A stretch of DNA of 64,000 nucleotides from an uncultured Anaerolineales bacterium (GCA_964653285.1 CAZZEX010000012.1:5692-69691); one strand, 5' to 3'. Positions 1 through 8,743 are shown, numbered from the stretch's first letter. Made by a program: numbers and translations. Notes: generated by a model from the letters alone, not told the origin.

Positions 1-2
1 AT

Positions 3-536
3 GTGGCGGCCGTGGAACGGGAGATTGTAAGTCAGGGGTTCTACGCCTACTCAGCGCGTAGTATGCTGCGGGAGATTAATACCGTCTTCCTGGTCATCCA
101 GGGCGTTTTCGGCGGCATCGGGGCCATTGCGCTCATCGTGGCCGCCTTCGGCATCGCCAACACGATGACGATGGCCATCTACGAGCGCACACGGGAGATC
201 GGATTGATGAAGGCAGTGGGGGCGACTAACCGGGACGTAATGTCCGTCTTCCTGGCCGAGGCTGGCGGCATCGGGCTTCTGGGCGGAATCGGCGGGGTAC
301 TGCTGGGAGTGAGCCTGGGGGCATTGATTGACCTGATCGCTGGCGCCTACCTGGCAGCGCAGGCGGTTCAGAGCGGGGCAGCCGCCTCGGACGTGAACAT
401 TTCCCTGATCTACACGCCTTTGTGGCTGCCAATCTTCGCACTCCTGTTCTCTGCGTTTGTGGGCGTGGCCTCGGGGATCTATCCAGCGGTACGGGCGGCG
501 TCCCTCAATCCCATCGCTGCGCTGAAGTACGAGTAG
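3..536 (+). CDS. ABC transporter permease, FtsX/MacB family, C-terminal part (5' end outside window)
   Basis: The frame is open from the window edge to TAG at 534-536. KAVGATNRDVMSVFLAEAGGIGLLGGIGGVLLG plus further hydrophobic helices is the conserved FtsX-type permease core. Confidence 0.8.
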   Translation: MAAVEREIVSQGFYAYSARSMLREINTVFLVIQGVFGGIGAIALIVAAFGIANTMTMAIYERTREIGLMKAVGATNRDVMSVFLAEAGGIGLLGGIGGVLLGVSLGALIDLIAGAYLAAQAVQSGAAASDVNISLIYTPLWLPIFALLFSAFVGVASGIYPAVRAASLNPIAALKYE

Positions 537-666
537 GGTGAATTGCAGATTGCAGGCGGATGGGGAACGGATTGGGGGGCTTGTCCGGTTATCCTGCTGT
601 CCCGAAGGCGATCAGCGGCACCGGGACGGTGTGTACCTGCGCCTGTGGCGACGCCATCAGCGAAAC

Positions 667-792
667 GGCAGGTAGGCCGCCCTCTCGTTTTCCCTAACAC
701 GACCCAGTGCTGACTATGGCCCATCGGTGTCCCACCGCCTCTGTCAAAGTCGCGGCCAACCTGCCCTACGAAATCGGGAAGTTATTCTTTTA
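667..792. repeat. partial copy of a MITE-like / structured repeat family (full copy at 40361-40572)
   Basis: Positions 751-792 match 40531-40572 at 40 of 42 nt (cgcggccaacctgccctac..aatcgggaagttattctttta). Positions 667-681 (cggcaggtaggccgc) are an imperfect complement of 752-766. Confidence 0.5.
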
Positions 793-876
793 TGAGCGCA
801 AAGTGACGGCTTGCGGGTCGTTCCCTGTGTGGATTAGTGTCTCCCTCACGTATCATACAGGCAGGTAGCGACTTTG

Positions 877-1776
877 TCAAGCGATGTTTTGTGCCTGTGC
901 TTCCAGCCGCCCCTCGCGCCAGCGAACTGGCCGCACTTCTATGCTTCCCTCAATGGAAGAGAGCAACCGTTCGATCACCGTGGTGAAGGCCACCACGTCC
1001 CCGCTGGTGTAAAACAGGTGACGCCCCACGCAGCCCCGGCTGGCCTCCAACCCTCGTCGGGCCAGCACGCGCCCCGTCTGGCGGGCAACGGCCGGGGCGG
1101 GATCAATCACCATCACGCTCGCTCCCACCACCCGCTCAATGGCCAGCCGGAGGAAGGGGTAGTGGGTGCAGCCGAGCACCAGTTGATCCACCCCGGCCTC
1201 GACCAGTGGCGTCAGGCACTCCCGCAGCAGCGCCTCGGTCTCAGGCGTGTCCAGCGCCCCGGCCTCCACCGCCTCCACCAGCCCCGGGCAGAACTGGGTG
1301 ATCACTCGCACGTCGTCCGCGTACCGCTCCACCAGGCTGGCGAAGAGTTCCCCCTGAAAAGTGGCCTGTGTGGCAATCACGCCTACGACGCCGTTGCAAG
1401 TCCGTTCAATGGCGGGCTTTACGGCCGGCTCCATCCCCACGAACGGGACACCGGGAAATGTACGCCGCAGGTAATGTAACGCGGCCGCGGAGGCGGTGTT
1501 GCAAGCAATGACGATGACCTTCGCGCCCCGAACCAACAGAAAGCGCGCGATGCCCTCGGAGAACTCCCGCACCTCGGTCAACCGGCGAGAGCCATAGGGC
1601 ACGTGGGCCTGGTCGGCCAGGTAGAAAGTGTCTTCGTGGGGGAGTTGGCGGATGATCTCACACCACACGCTCAGCCCACCCACGCCGGAGTCAAAGATGC
1701 CGATGAGTCCAGAGGCACTCGCGCTCTTCTGCGTATCGCGTGTTACGTGTTGCGTGTTGCGTGTTGCGTCGGTCAC
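877..1776 (-). CDS. murI: glutamate racemase
   Basis: 299 aa. IGIFDSGVGGLSV, ACNTASA and GCTHYP are the conserved glutamate racemase motifs around the two catalytic Cys. The GTG start overlaps the stop of the upstream gene (GTGA). Confidence 0.92.
   Translation of the reverse strand: MTDATRNTQHVTRDTQKSASASGLIGIFDSGVGGLSVWCEIIRQLPHEDTFYLADQAHVPYGSRRLTEVREFSEGIARFLLVRGAKVIVIACNTASAAALHYLRRTFPGVPFVGMEPAVKPAIERTCNGVVGVIATQATFQGELFASLVERYADDVRVITQFCPGLVEAVEAGALDTPETEALLRECLTPLVEAGVDQLVLGCTHYPFLRLAIERVVGASVMVIDPAPAVARQTGRVLARRGLEASRGCVGRHLFYTSGDVVAFTTVIERLLSSIEGSIEVRPVRWREGRLEAQAQNIA
1740..1767. repeat. heptanucleotide tandem repeat GTGTT(G/A)C x4 inside the first codons of murI
   Basis: Read directly: gtgttac gtgttgc gtgttgc gtgttgc at 1740-1767. 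It encodes TRNTQHVT in the murI N-terminal extension. Confidence 0.85.
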
Positions 1777-2966
1777 AGCGATTCGCTACTTCCACCTCGG
1801 TGCAGGGCCAGGTAGATGCCGAGGATGAGGACCATCCCTTGCAGCGCCGCGAGCAATGCCAGGGGTGCGTCAGGGCTGCTGGCCTCCTGGGGCGCTGCCG
1901 TCGGGAGCGGCGTCCAGGTGGGGAAAGGCGTAATGCCAGGGGCGAGGGGCAAGGGACGAGGGACGTAGGGAGTGGGCGTTGGCTCTACGGTTGGGGGCGG
2001 TTCGGGTGTGGAAGTGACGGTAGGAGCGAGCGTAGCAGTAGGCTCGGGGACAGGGATAGTAGTGGGCTCGGGGGTGGAGGTGGGCTCGGGGGTGGAGGTG
2101 GGCTCGGGGGTGGAGGTGGGCGGAACAGGTGTGGCGGTCGGCTCAGGAGTAGGACTGGGCGGAACGGGCGTCGGTGTGACGGGCGTTCCCCCACTGAGTA
2201 CGATTGTGCCCGGCGAAGCGGCGGTACGGCCGGCAGCGTCGCGAAACTGGACATAGACGGTATGTTCGCCCGGGCTGTCCGGCAAAGTCCAGGGAACGAG
2301 CGGTTGCCAGGACTGCCACGGCAGGTCGTCAAAATCCGGTTCGTTACTGATGCGAATCTCAATCGCCCGGCCCATAAAGGTCGCCCCCTCCCCTCCTGGG
2401 CGAGCCTCCTCATTAGTCAACCGGATCGCAACCTGGGGGTTATCGGTGCTGGTGGCTCCATCATTGATGAAGATGGGCAGTACGTTGGGACGTACACCGA
2501 AGTCGAGCACGTAGTAGTTACAGCCGGCGGGGTCGGTGGCGATGCCGATGCCGATCTCCCGATAAGTGGTGCTGAGGATATTGTCGCGATGGGGCGCATC
2601 CTCCAGGAAGAAGGCCATCGCATCCTCAATCGTGCCGTGGCCAGTCCAGAGATTCTCGCTGGCGATCAACTCCCCGCCATTCCAGGTCCAGGCAGCATAG
2701 CCGGCCTCCGCGATGCGTTGCTTGGGCGTGGAGCCGTCGGAGCCGGTGTGGGACGAGATTTGATGGGCTGCCAGGTCATCGGCGTGGCGCTGTGCCGCGG
2801 CGACCAGCAGGGTAGAGAAGTTATAAGGGGCCAGCCCCTCATCCAGACGGGCCTGGTTCACCAGAATTTGCCAGTTGACGACCTGGTCGGGCTCCTGGGC
2901 TGTGGCGGGGAGGGAAGCCAGGATGATGCCGGCGACAAGAATGAGGGCACGCAGTAAATTCCGCAT
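1773..2966 (-). CDS. secreted CAP/SCP (PR-1-like) domain protein with beta-sandwich middle domain, PT-rich linker and C-terminal TM anchor
   Basis: Signal-like N-terminus MRNLLRALILVAGIILASLPATAQE. The AAQRHADDLAAHQISSHTGSDGSTPKQRIAEAGY...ENL...HRDNIL pattern is typical of CAP/SCP domains. A long TPEPTSTPEP linker is followed by a terminal hydrophobic helix LALLAALQGMVLILGIYLAL. Confidence 0.75.
   Translation of the reverse strand: MRNLLRALILVAGIILASLPATAQEPDQVVNWQILVNQARLDEGLAPYNFSTLLVAAAQRHADDLAAHQISSHTGSDGSTPKQRIAEAGYAAWTWNGGELIASENLWTGHGTIEDAMAFFLEDAPHRDNILSTTYREIGIGIATDPAGCNYYVLDFGVRPNVLPIFINDGATSTDNPQVAIRLTNEEARPGGEGATFMGRAIEIRISNEPDFDDLPWQSWQPLVPWTLPDSPGEHTVYVQFRDAAGRTAASPGTIVLSGGTPVTPTPVPPSPTPEPTATPVPPTSTPEPTSTPEPTSTPEPTTIPVPEPTATLAPTVTSTPEPPPTVEPTPTPYVPRPLPLAPGITPFPTWTPLPTAAPQEASSPDAPLALLAALQGMVLILGIYLALHRGGSSESL
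2064..2117. repeat. 18-nt tandem repeat x3 within the PT-linker coding region
   Basis: gggctcgggggtggaggt is repeated three times head to tail and encodes TSTPEP x3 on the minus strand. Confidence 0.85.
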
Positions 2967-3092
2967 AGGCGGAATTTTAACACACAGTCAGGAGGATGCA
3001 AGAATGGCTGGAGATAAGAAAATGCCCCAGACCCCAGCCTTCATCCGGCTGAGGCCTGGAATGCTAGCCCAATACTGGCCTCTCGCGCGCCG

Positions 3093-4205
3093 CTATGGGA
3101 TGCAAAGCACCTGCCCGGCGCGGATGTAGTTCAGATTGAGGATGTGGTTAGCCTCGGCGATGGCCCACATACTGACCCCATAGTGCAGCGAGATGCGGTA
3201 CAGGTTCTCCCGTGGAGCGACGGTGTGATACCAGCGGCAGGCAGGAGGCGGTGTGCCGCCATCGAACTGGCGCGGGCAGATCCGGCCGGACGGCAATAGA
3301 CGGGGCGCGTTGGGGATCGCCAGGATATGTCCGGCGTGGATGATGTTGGGATTGAGAATTCCGTTCTGGGCAGCAATGGCGTAGGGATCCACACCGTAAG
3401 CCCGCCCGATGCAGAATAGCGTCTCCCCTGGCCGCACGGTGTGGTAGCCGAGGATGCCCCACGGTTGATATCCTGGAGGCGTCGGCGTGGGGCCGGACGT
3501 GGGCGTGAGAGTAGGCGTCGGTGTGGGACCGGGCGTGGGTGTGAGAGTAGACGTCGGCGTGGGGCCGGGCGTGGGCGTCAAAGTAGGCGTCGACGTGGGA
3601 CTGGGTGTGGGCGTGAGAGTAGGCGTCGGCGTGGGGGTGGGGGTTGGGGTCTCCGTCGGAGTCGGGGTCTCTCCACCGGTGACGGTGATACTCCCGCTCT
3701 GGGTGCCGGCGCTGATGGTGCCACCATTGCGGTCGGACAGGATGACGTTGACGAAGTTGACGATTGAAGTTCCGGCTGCTTTCCCCTGGAAGGTGACCGT
3801 GGCCAATACACCGCTGCCGCTGACTGGCTCTTTAGGCGACAACTGAGCGATGGTGAAGTCAATCTTCCCGGCAGCCTGATCAACAGTATTCTGCGCCGTG
3901 GCGTCTGGACTGAGAAACACGCCAGGCTGGATTTGCACGCCATCCGTGCCTGGGTCGGCATCTACCACCTCCACCAGTGCCGGGTCAAAGGTCAGGTGCA
4001 CCTCAGCGCCGTAGAGATTGGCCACTTCCTCAATACGGATGTTCACCGCCGTCGTGGCTCCCACGGCCACCTCACTGCTCGGTGGATCAATGACCACCGC
4101 TGTGCCCTGGGCCAGCCCGTAGCCCACAGGCGTGGAGAATAGTATAGCCAGCAGTAAAGCCAGGCCAACCCAGCAACGTGTCAACGTCGGAAACTGCTTT
4201 TTCAT
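3093..4205 (-). CDS. cell-wall-anchored cohesin-domain protein (signal peptide, cohesin module, PT linker, 2 x LysM)
   Basis: I chose ATG 4205 ([20 protein letters not shown], signal-like) over the upstream ORF extension. The cohesin-like module is [46 protein letters not shown]...[14 protein letters not shown]. The two LysM repeats are [30 protein letters not shown]...AGHILAIP and [30 protein letters not shown]...AGQVLCIP. Confidence 0.8.
   Translation of the reverse strand: MKKQFPTLTRCWVGLALLLAILFSTPVGYGLAQGTAVVIDPPSSEVAVGATTAVNIRIEEVANLYGAEVHLTFDPALVEVVDADPGTDGVQIQPGVFLSPDATAQNTVDQAAGKIDFTIAQLSPKEPVSGSGVLATVTFQGKAAGTSIVNFVNVILSDRNGGTISAGTQSGSITVTGGETPTPTETPTPTPTPTPTLTPTPSPTSTPTLTPTPGPTPTSTLTPTPGPTPTPTLTPTSGPTPTPPGYQPWGILGYHTVRPGETLFCIGRAYGVDPYAIAAQNGILNPNIIHAGHILAIPNAPRLLPSGRICPRQFDGGTPPPACRWYHTVAPRENLYRISLHYGVSMWAIAEANHILNLNYIRAGQVLCIP
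3478..3648. repeat. 36-nt tandem repeat (about 4.7 copies) encoding the PT linker
   Basis: Units begin at 3505, 3541, 3577 and 3613 (gtgagagtaggcgtcgg.gtggg..cgggcgtggg.). They encode 12-aa [12 protein letters not shown]-type repeats. Confidence 0.8.
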
Positions 4206-4234
4206 CGTTCCTCTCCTTTCTGACAATGCACCAC

Positions 4235-4864
4235 CTAGCGCACCTTGACAGCGTTCCACACAACCACAATGGAGCCGGCTGCGACGGCAGCCGCAACCAG
4301 CCCGATCAACACCCAAACCGCCGGAGACGAACCAGGGCGACTGACAACAACCGCGCTGGAACCGGTTTCGACCGCGATGGGCTGCCCCCGCATATCGGCC
4401 AGGAGGGCACTGCGGACCTTGATCAGGGTTTCCCCCTCGGCCAGGGCCCGGAAGGTGACGCGAGCCAACACGCCACTACCAGTGACCGCCTTATCCGACG
4501 GCATGCAGGCGATGGCGTAATCCACCGCGCCGCTGGCCGGGTCAGTGGTATTCTGCGCGACGAAGTCAGGGCTCAGAAAGTCCCCGTGGGCAATCTGCGT
4601 CCCCTCCGTTGATGGATCAACATCCACCACCTCCAGCAGCGCCGGGTCGAAGGTCAGGTGCGCCTCGGCTCCTGCCAACTGGATGACATTCCCCACGCGG
4701 ATGTCCAGCGTCCCCACATCGCCAGGAGCCAGGTACAGCGTCGCAGGGTCGAGCCATATCTTCGTCCCCTGGGCAGCCGCAGAGCCCACGACCCAGACGA
4801 CGAGTCCCCAGCAGCCGAGCAGTATCAGCACCAAGTGGCGCAGTCTCAGGGACAGTTGCTGCAT
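4235..4864 (-). CDS. membrane-anchored cohesin-domain protein
   Basis: Signal-like N-terminus. Cohesin-like [49 protein letters not shown]...[14 protein letters not shown] is paralogous to 3093-4205. C-terminal TM helix [21 protein letters not shown]. Confidence 0.72.
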   Translation of the reverse strand: MQQLSLRLRHLVLILLGCWGLVVWVVGSAAAQGTKIWLDPATLYLAPGDVGTLDIRVGNVIQLAGAEAHLTFDPALLEVVDVDPSTEGTQIAHGDFLSPDFVAQNTTDPASGAVDYAIACMPSDKAVTGSGVLARVTFRALAEGETLIKVRSALLADMRGQPIAVETGSSAVVVSRPGSSPAVWVLIGLVAAAVAAGSIVVVWNAVKVR

Positions 4865-5025
4865 AGACCGAGGTTTCCAGCAGCCTGGGTCAGGTCAAGG
4901 ATGTTGACCTGACAATCACCGTTGACGTCGCACGGCGGCGCGGCGTTGGGAGGCGCAGAATCCAGTCCCACCCAGTCATAGTCCAGGTGTGTCTCGACGC
5001 GGTACAGATTCTCTGCAACGGTCAT
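4846..5025 (-). CDS. possible 59-aa mini-protein with a single dockerin-type Ca-binding repeat (or a gene remnant)
   Basis: ATG at 5025 is preceded by aaggga. DVNGDCQVNILDLTQAAGN resembles the dockerin repeat DINDDGTVNILDLTIAAGN at the end of 5208-6260. It has four Cys, no signal peptide, and overlaps the next gene by 19 nt. Confidence 0.3.
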   Translation of the reverse strand: MTVAENLYRVETHLDYDWVGLDSAPPNAAPPCDVNGDCQVNILDLTQAAGNLGLCSNCP

Positions 5026-5207
5026 TGTTGCGGTTCCCTTGCTAGCAATCACTTCTATTGTAGCCTGGCAGCGACCGGTTGTCAAGTCGTGCATGGGTGC
5101 GCGGGGTTTCCGAAGCAAATCAACATTCGGTGCTCAACAAGCCGGTAGCGGTGGTTGCGGGTGGTCAACCACCGCCACCGGCACGCGCCGCCCCGGAAAA
5201 GATGCTG

Positions 5208-6260
5208 CTACGGGACCCAGGCTGTCGGGCCACAGCGCGAGAAATTACCAGCGGCGATGGTCAGATCGAGGATGTTGACCGTGCCGTCGTCATTGATGTC
5301 CTGCGGATCGCTGGCATCCAATCCCGTCAGGCCAAAATCGCCGATGATGGACACAATGTCGAGGATGTTAATGCAACTGTCAGCGTTGACGTCGCCCCCT
5401 ACCAGTTTCGTCGAGCCGATGTCCACGGTAGTCCCCGCGACACAGACCGAGCTCTTGCTCGCGTGGAGATAGCCGGGGTAACCGGCACTGACGGTGTAGG
5501 TGCCGTCCAGCGGCACCTCCAGGGCGAAACTGCCGTCGCTGGCTGTCGTGGTCGTGGTTATCACCCCACCACCCACCGCGAGGGCGACGATCTCCGTGTC
5601 AGCATGATCGGTGCGCGCCCCCTGCCGCTCTACGATTCCCTCGATCGCGCCAGGAACCGTCACGGTGATGTCAGGCACGGAGGTATCGTTGATGGGAATG
5701 ATCTCACCATCCGGGTCGGAGAGAACAGACCCGGGCAGGGTGTTGATCTGTAAAATACCGAGGTCCGGCGAACCGACCTCCTGAGCGACCCAGGTAATGG
5801 TCGCCACTGGCCCTGTCCTGTTGGTCACCGGATCGCCGAAGTGGCTGACAGAGATATGGATGCACGCCCGCGTGTCGCACTCTGTGGGGTGGGCAATGGT
5901 GGGCGTGTCATAGAAGACCTCGTTGGCTACTGGAAACAGGGTGCCATCGAAAAAGCCGTTTTTGATCTCGACCTGGGTGCCATTGCTCGCATCACCGTCA
6001 AAGTCGTGCACGGTAACGACGGTCGGGTCAAAGCTCACCCAGATTTCGGCGCCCATCACTCCGACCCCGAGGGTGCCATTGGTGATTGAGACCTGGAGGT
6101 CGGTGGTGAAGTTTTTGCCGACGAGGGGGGCTCCCGACACAACATCTGTCACGCTGACAGAGGTTTCAGTGCCAGGAGATTGGGCCCCCGCGGAAGCGGG
6201 TACCAGGGCCGCGAGGGTGGCCACTATGACCAGGCTCAGGCTGAAAACTCGCACTCTCAT
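5208..6260 (-). CDS. secreted cohesin-like + CarboxypepD_reg-like + dockerin protein
   Basis: Signal peptide MRVRVFSLSLVIVATLAALVPASAGA. Cohesin-like LQVSITNGTLGVGVMGAEIWVSFDPTVVTVHDFD. Ig-like GAIEGIVE...DGSFALEVPLDGTYTVSAGYPGY. The C-terminal duplicated dockerin segment is GGDVNADSCINILDIVSIIG...DINDDGTVNILDLTIAAGN. Confidence 0.72.
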   Translation of the reverse strand: MRVRVFSLSLVIVATLAALVPASAGAQSPGTETSVSVTDVVSGAPLVGKNFTTDLQVSITNGTLGVGVMGAEIWVSFDPTVVTVHDFDGDASNGTQVEIKNGFFDGTLFPVANEVFYDTPTIAHPTECDTRACIHISVSHFGDPVTNRTGPVATITWVAQEVGSPDLGILQINTLPGSVLSDPDGEIIPINDTSVPDITVTVPGAIEGIVERQGARTDHADTEIVALAVGGGVITTTTTASDGSFALEVPLDGTYTVSAGYPGYLHASKSSVCVAGTTVDIGSTKLVGGDVNADSCINILDIVSIIGDFGLTGLDASDPQDINDDGTVNILDLTIAAGNFSRCGPTAWVP

Positions 6261-6416
6261 TGCTTATTTCTCCTTTCAAGAACGGTATTCTACTGGCGGA
6301 TCACCCAATGTGGAGCGCCGTATTTTCATTATAACATGCATTCCTGGCCAGTGCGTTACAGAAGCGTTACAATTTGCGCCCAACGCCCGCCAGCACTGTC
6401 AGTTGTCAGCGGGAAG

Positions 6417-6445
6417 TTGACAACCCTTTGCCCACGTGCTATACT
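6417..6445 (+). promoter_or_regulatory. sigma-70-type promoter (TTGACA-17-TGcTATACT) for the REC-TadZ-like gene
   Basis: TTGACA at 6417-6422, a 17-nt spacer ending in TGc, and TATACT at 6440-6445. The tRNA-Lys promoter has the same architecture and almost the same sequence (TTGACAACCC...). Confidence 0.55.
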
Positions 6446-6524
6446 TTTCACTGTGGGCTATTAGCCTGGCCTGGCAGAGATTGGCTTAATTATAACCTGC
6501 GTCCCATCTTAGGGAGTAACTACT

Positions 6525-7637
6525 GTGGCCAAGCAAAAGATTCTGGTGGTGGACGACGATCAGGGAGGGTTGCGTTTAGTGAAACTGAGCTTACGTCGGG
6601 CAGGGTATCAGGTCGTTACAGCGGTAACGGGCGAGGAAGGCGTGCAGAGAGTTCGCACGGAGAAGCCTGACCTGGTGCTGATGGATGTGATGATGCCGGG
6701 TATGGGCGGTTTTGAGGCCACTAAGCACATTCGTCGGCTGCCTGAGGGCCGTCGCATGCCCATCATCTTCCTCTCCGCCCTGGACCGAACGGAGGCGAAG
6801 GTAAAAGGCCTGCGTATAGGGGGGAACGACTACATCGCCAAGCCAGTGAAGATGGGCGAGTTGCTGGCTCGTGTCGAGGCCCACCTGCGGCTGGAAGCCC
6901 CCGCCCCGGGCCAGTTGATCACTATGTTCGGCAGCAAAGCCGGCGTGGGTACCACCACGCTGATGGTCAACCTGGCTCTGGCCCTGGGCAATGTTTCGCG
7001 GAAGAGCGTTCTGCTGGTGGACTGGCAGCGCCCACTCGGGGATGTCGCGCTCTTTCTGGGCCTGCCCAAGAAGCGCGTATTGGAATCCCTTCTTCCCCAC
7101 GCCAATGACCTGGACGAACAGGGGTTTAACACCGCGCTGAAGGAGTACCTGCCAGGCGTGTGGATTCTTCCTGGGGCAACAGACCCGGCCTCTGCCGATC
7201 AAATGAACCGGGAGGCCTTAAGCAAAGTATTGGAAATGGCCCTGATCAAGGCGGATTACGTCCTCGTGGACGGCGGTTCCTTCTTCTCCTGGGAAGCCCC
7301 GCCTCTGGTCGCCAAGGGGAAAGGGATCAACCTGAGTGTGTTGATGCCCGAACTCACGTCCATCGAGCGAGCCGCTGATGCCGTGGGGGCCGCCAACGTA
7401 ACGAATGATAATTTCTGGCTCCTCTTGAACCGACACGGCATGCCTGGGGGCATCCCGCGTAAGCAGATTGAGTCGCGCTTAAGGATCACTCTCAAGGGAT
7501 GCGTCCCGGACGCGGGCGCTCAGGTAACCCGCGCCTTGAACGAAGGACGTCCCTTGTACATAGCCGATCCGGGTTCGGGCTTCTCCCGCGCCATAGATGA
7601 TATTGCCACGCGCATACACGAAGCCCTGGCTCCGTGA
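6525..7637 (+). CDS. response-regulator receiver fused to a TadZ/CpaE-like ParA/MinD-family ATPase
   Basis: GTG start. The REC domain has all canonical residues (VVDDD, LMDVMMPGMGG, FLSA, YIAKP). The C-terminal ParA-like domain has the deviant Walker A GSKAGVGTTT, which lacks the GK[ST] lysine as in TadZ/CpaE. Confidence 0.8.
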   Translation: MAKQKILVVDDDQGGLRLVKLSLRRAGYQVVTAVTGEEGVQRVRTEKPDLVLMDVMMPGMGGFEATKHIRRLPEGRRMPIIFLSALDRTEAKVKGLRIGGNDYIAKPVKMGELLARVEAHLRLEAPAPGQLITMFGSKAGVGTTTLMVNLALALGNVSRKSVLLVDWQRPLGDVALFLGLPKKRVLESLLPHANDLDEQGFNTALKEYLPGVWILPGATDPASADQMNREALSKVLEMALIKADYVLVDGGSFFSWEAPPLVAKGKGINLSVLMPELTSIERAADAVGAANVTNDNFWLLLNRHGMPGGIPRKQIESRLRITLKGCVPDAGAQVTRALNEGRPLYIADPGSGFSRAIDDIATRIHEALAP

Positions 7638-7670
7638 GCATATCTGGACATTGGCAATTTTGCTCGTAGT

Positions 7671-7715
7671 AACGACTTTAGTCGTTCAAAGTGAGGCTAG
7701 AGCGACTGAAGTCGC
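7671..7715. promoter_or_regulatory. two related palindromes (AACGAC-TTTA-GTCGTT and GCGAC-TGAA-GTCGC), centres 30 bp apart
   Basis: Read directly at 7671-7686 and 7702-7715, in the intergenic region upstream of the OmpR-family regulator gene. Neither has a T-tract, so they are unlikely to be terminators. Confidence 0.35.
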
Positions 7716-7872
7716 CACTACGACCCCCATATCTTGCGGGTTCATCCGTTGCCACACCGTAAATGTGGGGGACTTCAAAATTTGCCAGACTCCAGCAGTG
7801 TAATAGCCGGGTGGAAAGTGACGGTGTAGCCAACCAGCAACCCTGATTGCGGACAGGGAGGCCAGAGGCGAT

Positions 7873-8700
7873 ATGACAGAAGTACCCGCCCTCCCACAGC
7901 CTGATCCAAGGGCCAGATTGCTCGTCGTGGACGACGAAGCCAATCTGCGTGCTGGGCTGCGGAATCTCCTCAGCCTGATGGGGTATCACGTCGAAGAAGC
8001 CGCTTCCGGTCACAGGGCGCTGAAGTTGCTGGAGAGCGCGCCCTACGACCTGATGGTGCTGGACATACGCATGCCGGGGATGGATGGGACCGAGGTGATG
8101 CATCGCGCTCGACAGATGCACCCCGACCTGTCTATCATCGTGCTGACAGCCCATGCCTCACTGGAGAGCGCCATCGCTGCCGTAAAATCAGGTGCGGCGG
8201 ACTACATGCTCAAGCCATTCAACGTAGAGGACCTCGCCGCCGCCATCTCCCAGACCCTGCAAAAGCGCGCTGAGCAGTTGCGCCGCCAGCAGTTGCTGAA
8301 TCTGATAGGCCATGCACTGGACACGCTGGACCAGGCGGAAAGGCCAGCAGCACCTCCACCCTCCCCCCCGACGCCCCCAGAGCGTTTCCTGCACACTGGT
8401 CCTCTAACGCTGGATCGCCAAAAGCGGCTGGCCGTGATGCAGGGTGATCCGCCTCGCACGGTTGAACTGACGGAGGGCGAAACGGCCATCCTGGCTGTTC
8501 TGATGGAGCACCCCAATCAGGTACTCTCCTGCAGCCAGTTGGTTCATGCTGCGATGGGCTACGACCTGGACGAACAAGAAACCCAAAATCAAGTACGTCT
8601 CTATGTTTTCCGTCTGCGCCGCAAGATCGAAACCGACCCCGGCAAACCCCATCTGATTCGCACGGTGCGCGGACGTGGTTACTTCTTAACCCCCGCTTGA
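7873..8700 (+). CDS. OmpR/PhoB-family response regulator (REC + long P-rich linker + winged-helix DNA-binding domain)
   Basis: Canonical REC residues (LVVDDE, VLDIRMPGMDG, VLTA, YMLKPF). The C-terminus LTEGETAILAVLMEHPNQVLSCSQLV...VRLYVFRLRRKIETDPGKPHLIRTVRGRGY is the Trans_reg_C pattern. Confidence 0.85.
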   Translation: MTEVPALPQPDPRARLLVVDDEANLRAGLRNLLSLMGYHVEEAASGHRALKLLESAPYDLMVLDIRMPGMDGTEVMHRARQMHPDLSIIVLTAHASLESAIAAVKSGAADYMLKPFNVEDLAAAISQTLQKRAEQLRRQQLLNLIGHALDTLDQAERPAAPPPSPPTPPERFLHTGPLTLDRQKRLAVMQGDPPRTVELTEGETAILAVLMEHPNQVLSCSQLVHAAMGYDLDEQETQNQVRLYVFRLRRKIETDPGKPHLIRTVRGRGYFLTPA

Positions 8701-8743
8701 CGATAGCCTCCATTCCTTCTATATCCTATACCTCTCATCTCCC

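Noticed and set aside
2000-2200. Regularly spaced short DNA repeats (also 3478-3648, 21070-21180) considered as a possible CRISPR array
   Set aside because: The repeats are contiguous with no unique spacers, lie inside ORFs and translate to Pro/Thr linker repeats. No cas genes are present.
1740-2957. 405-aa plus-strand ORF, and many other long ORFs antisense to annotated genes (for example 24033-25220, 24689-25420, 28547-29419, 15276-16853, 46086-46904, 54149-54910, 58125-59597)
   Set aside because: These are typical shadow ORFs of high-GC DNA. Their translations are Arg/Gly/Pro/Ala-rich low-complexity sequence with no recognisable motifs. In every case the opposite strand encodes a protein with clear family signatures.
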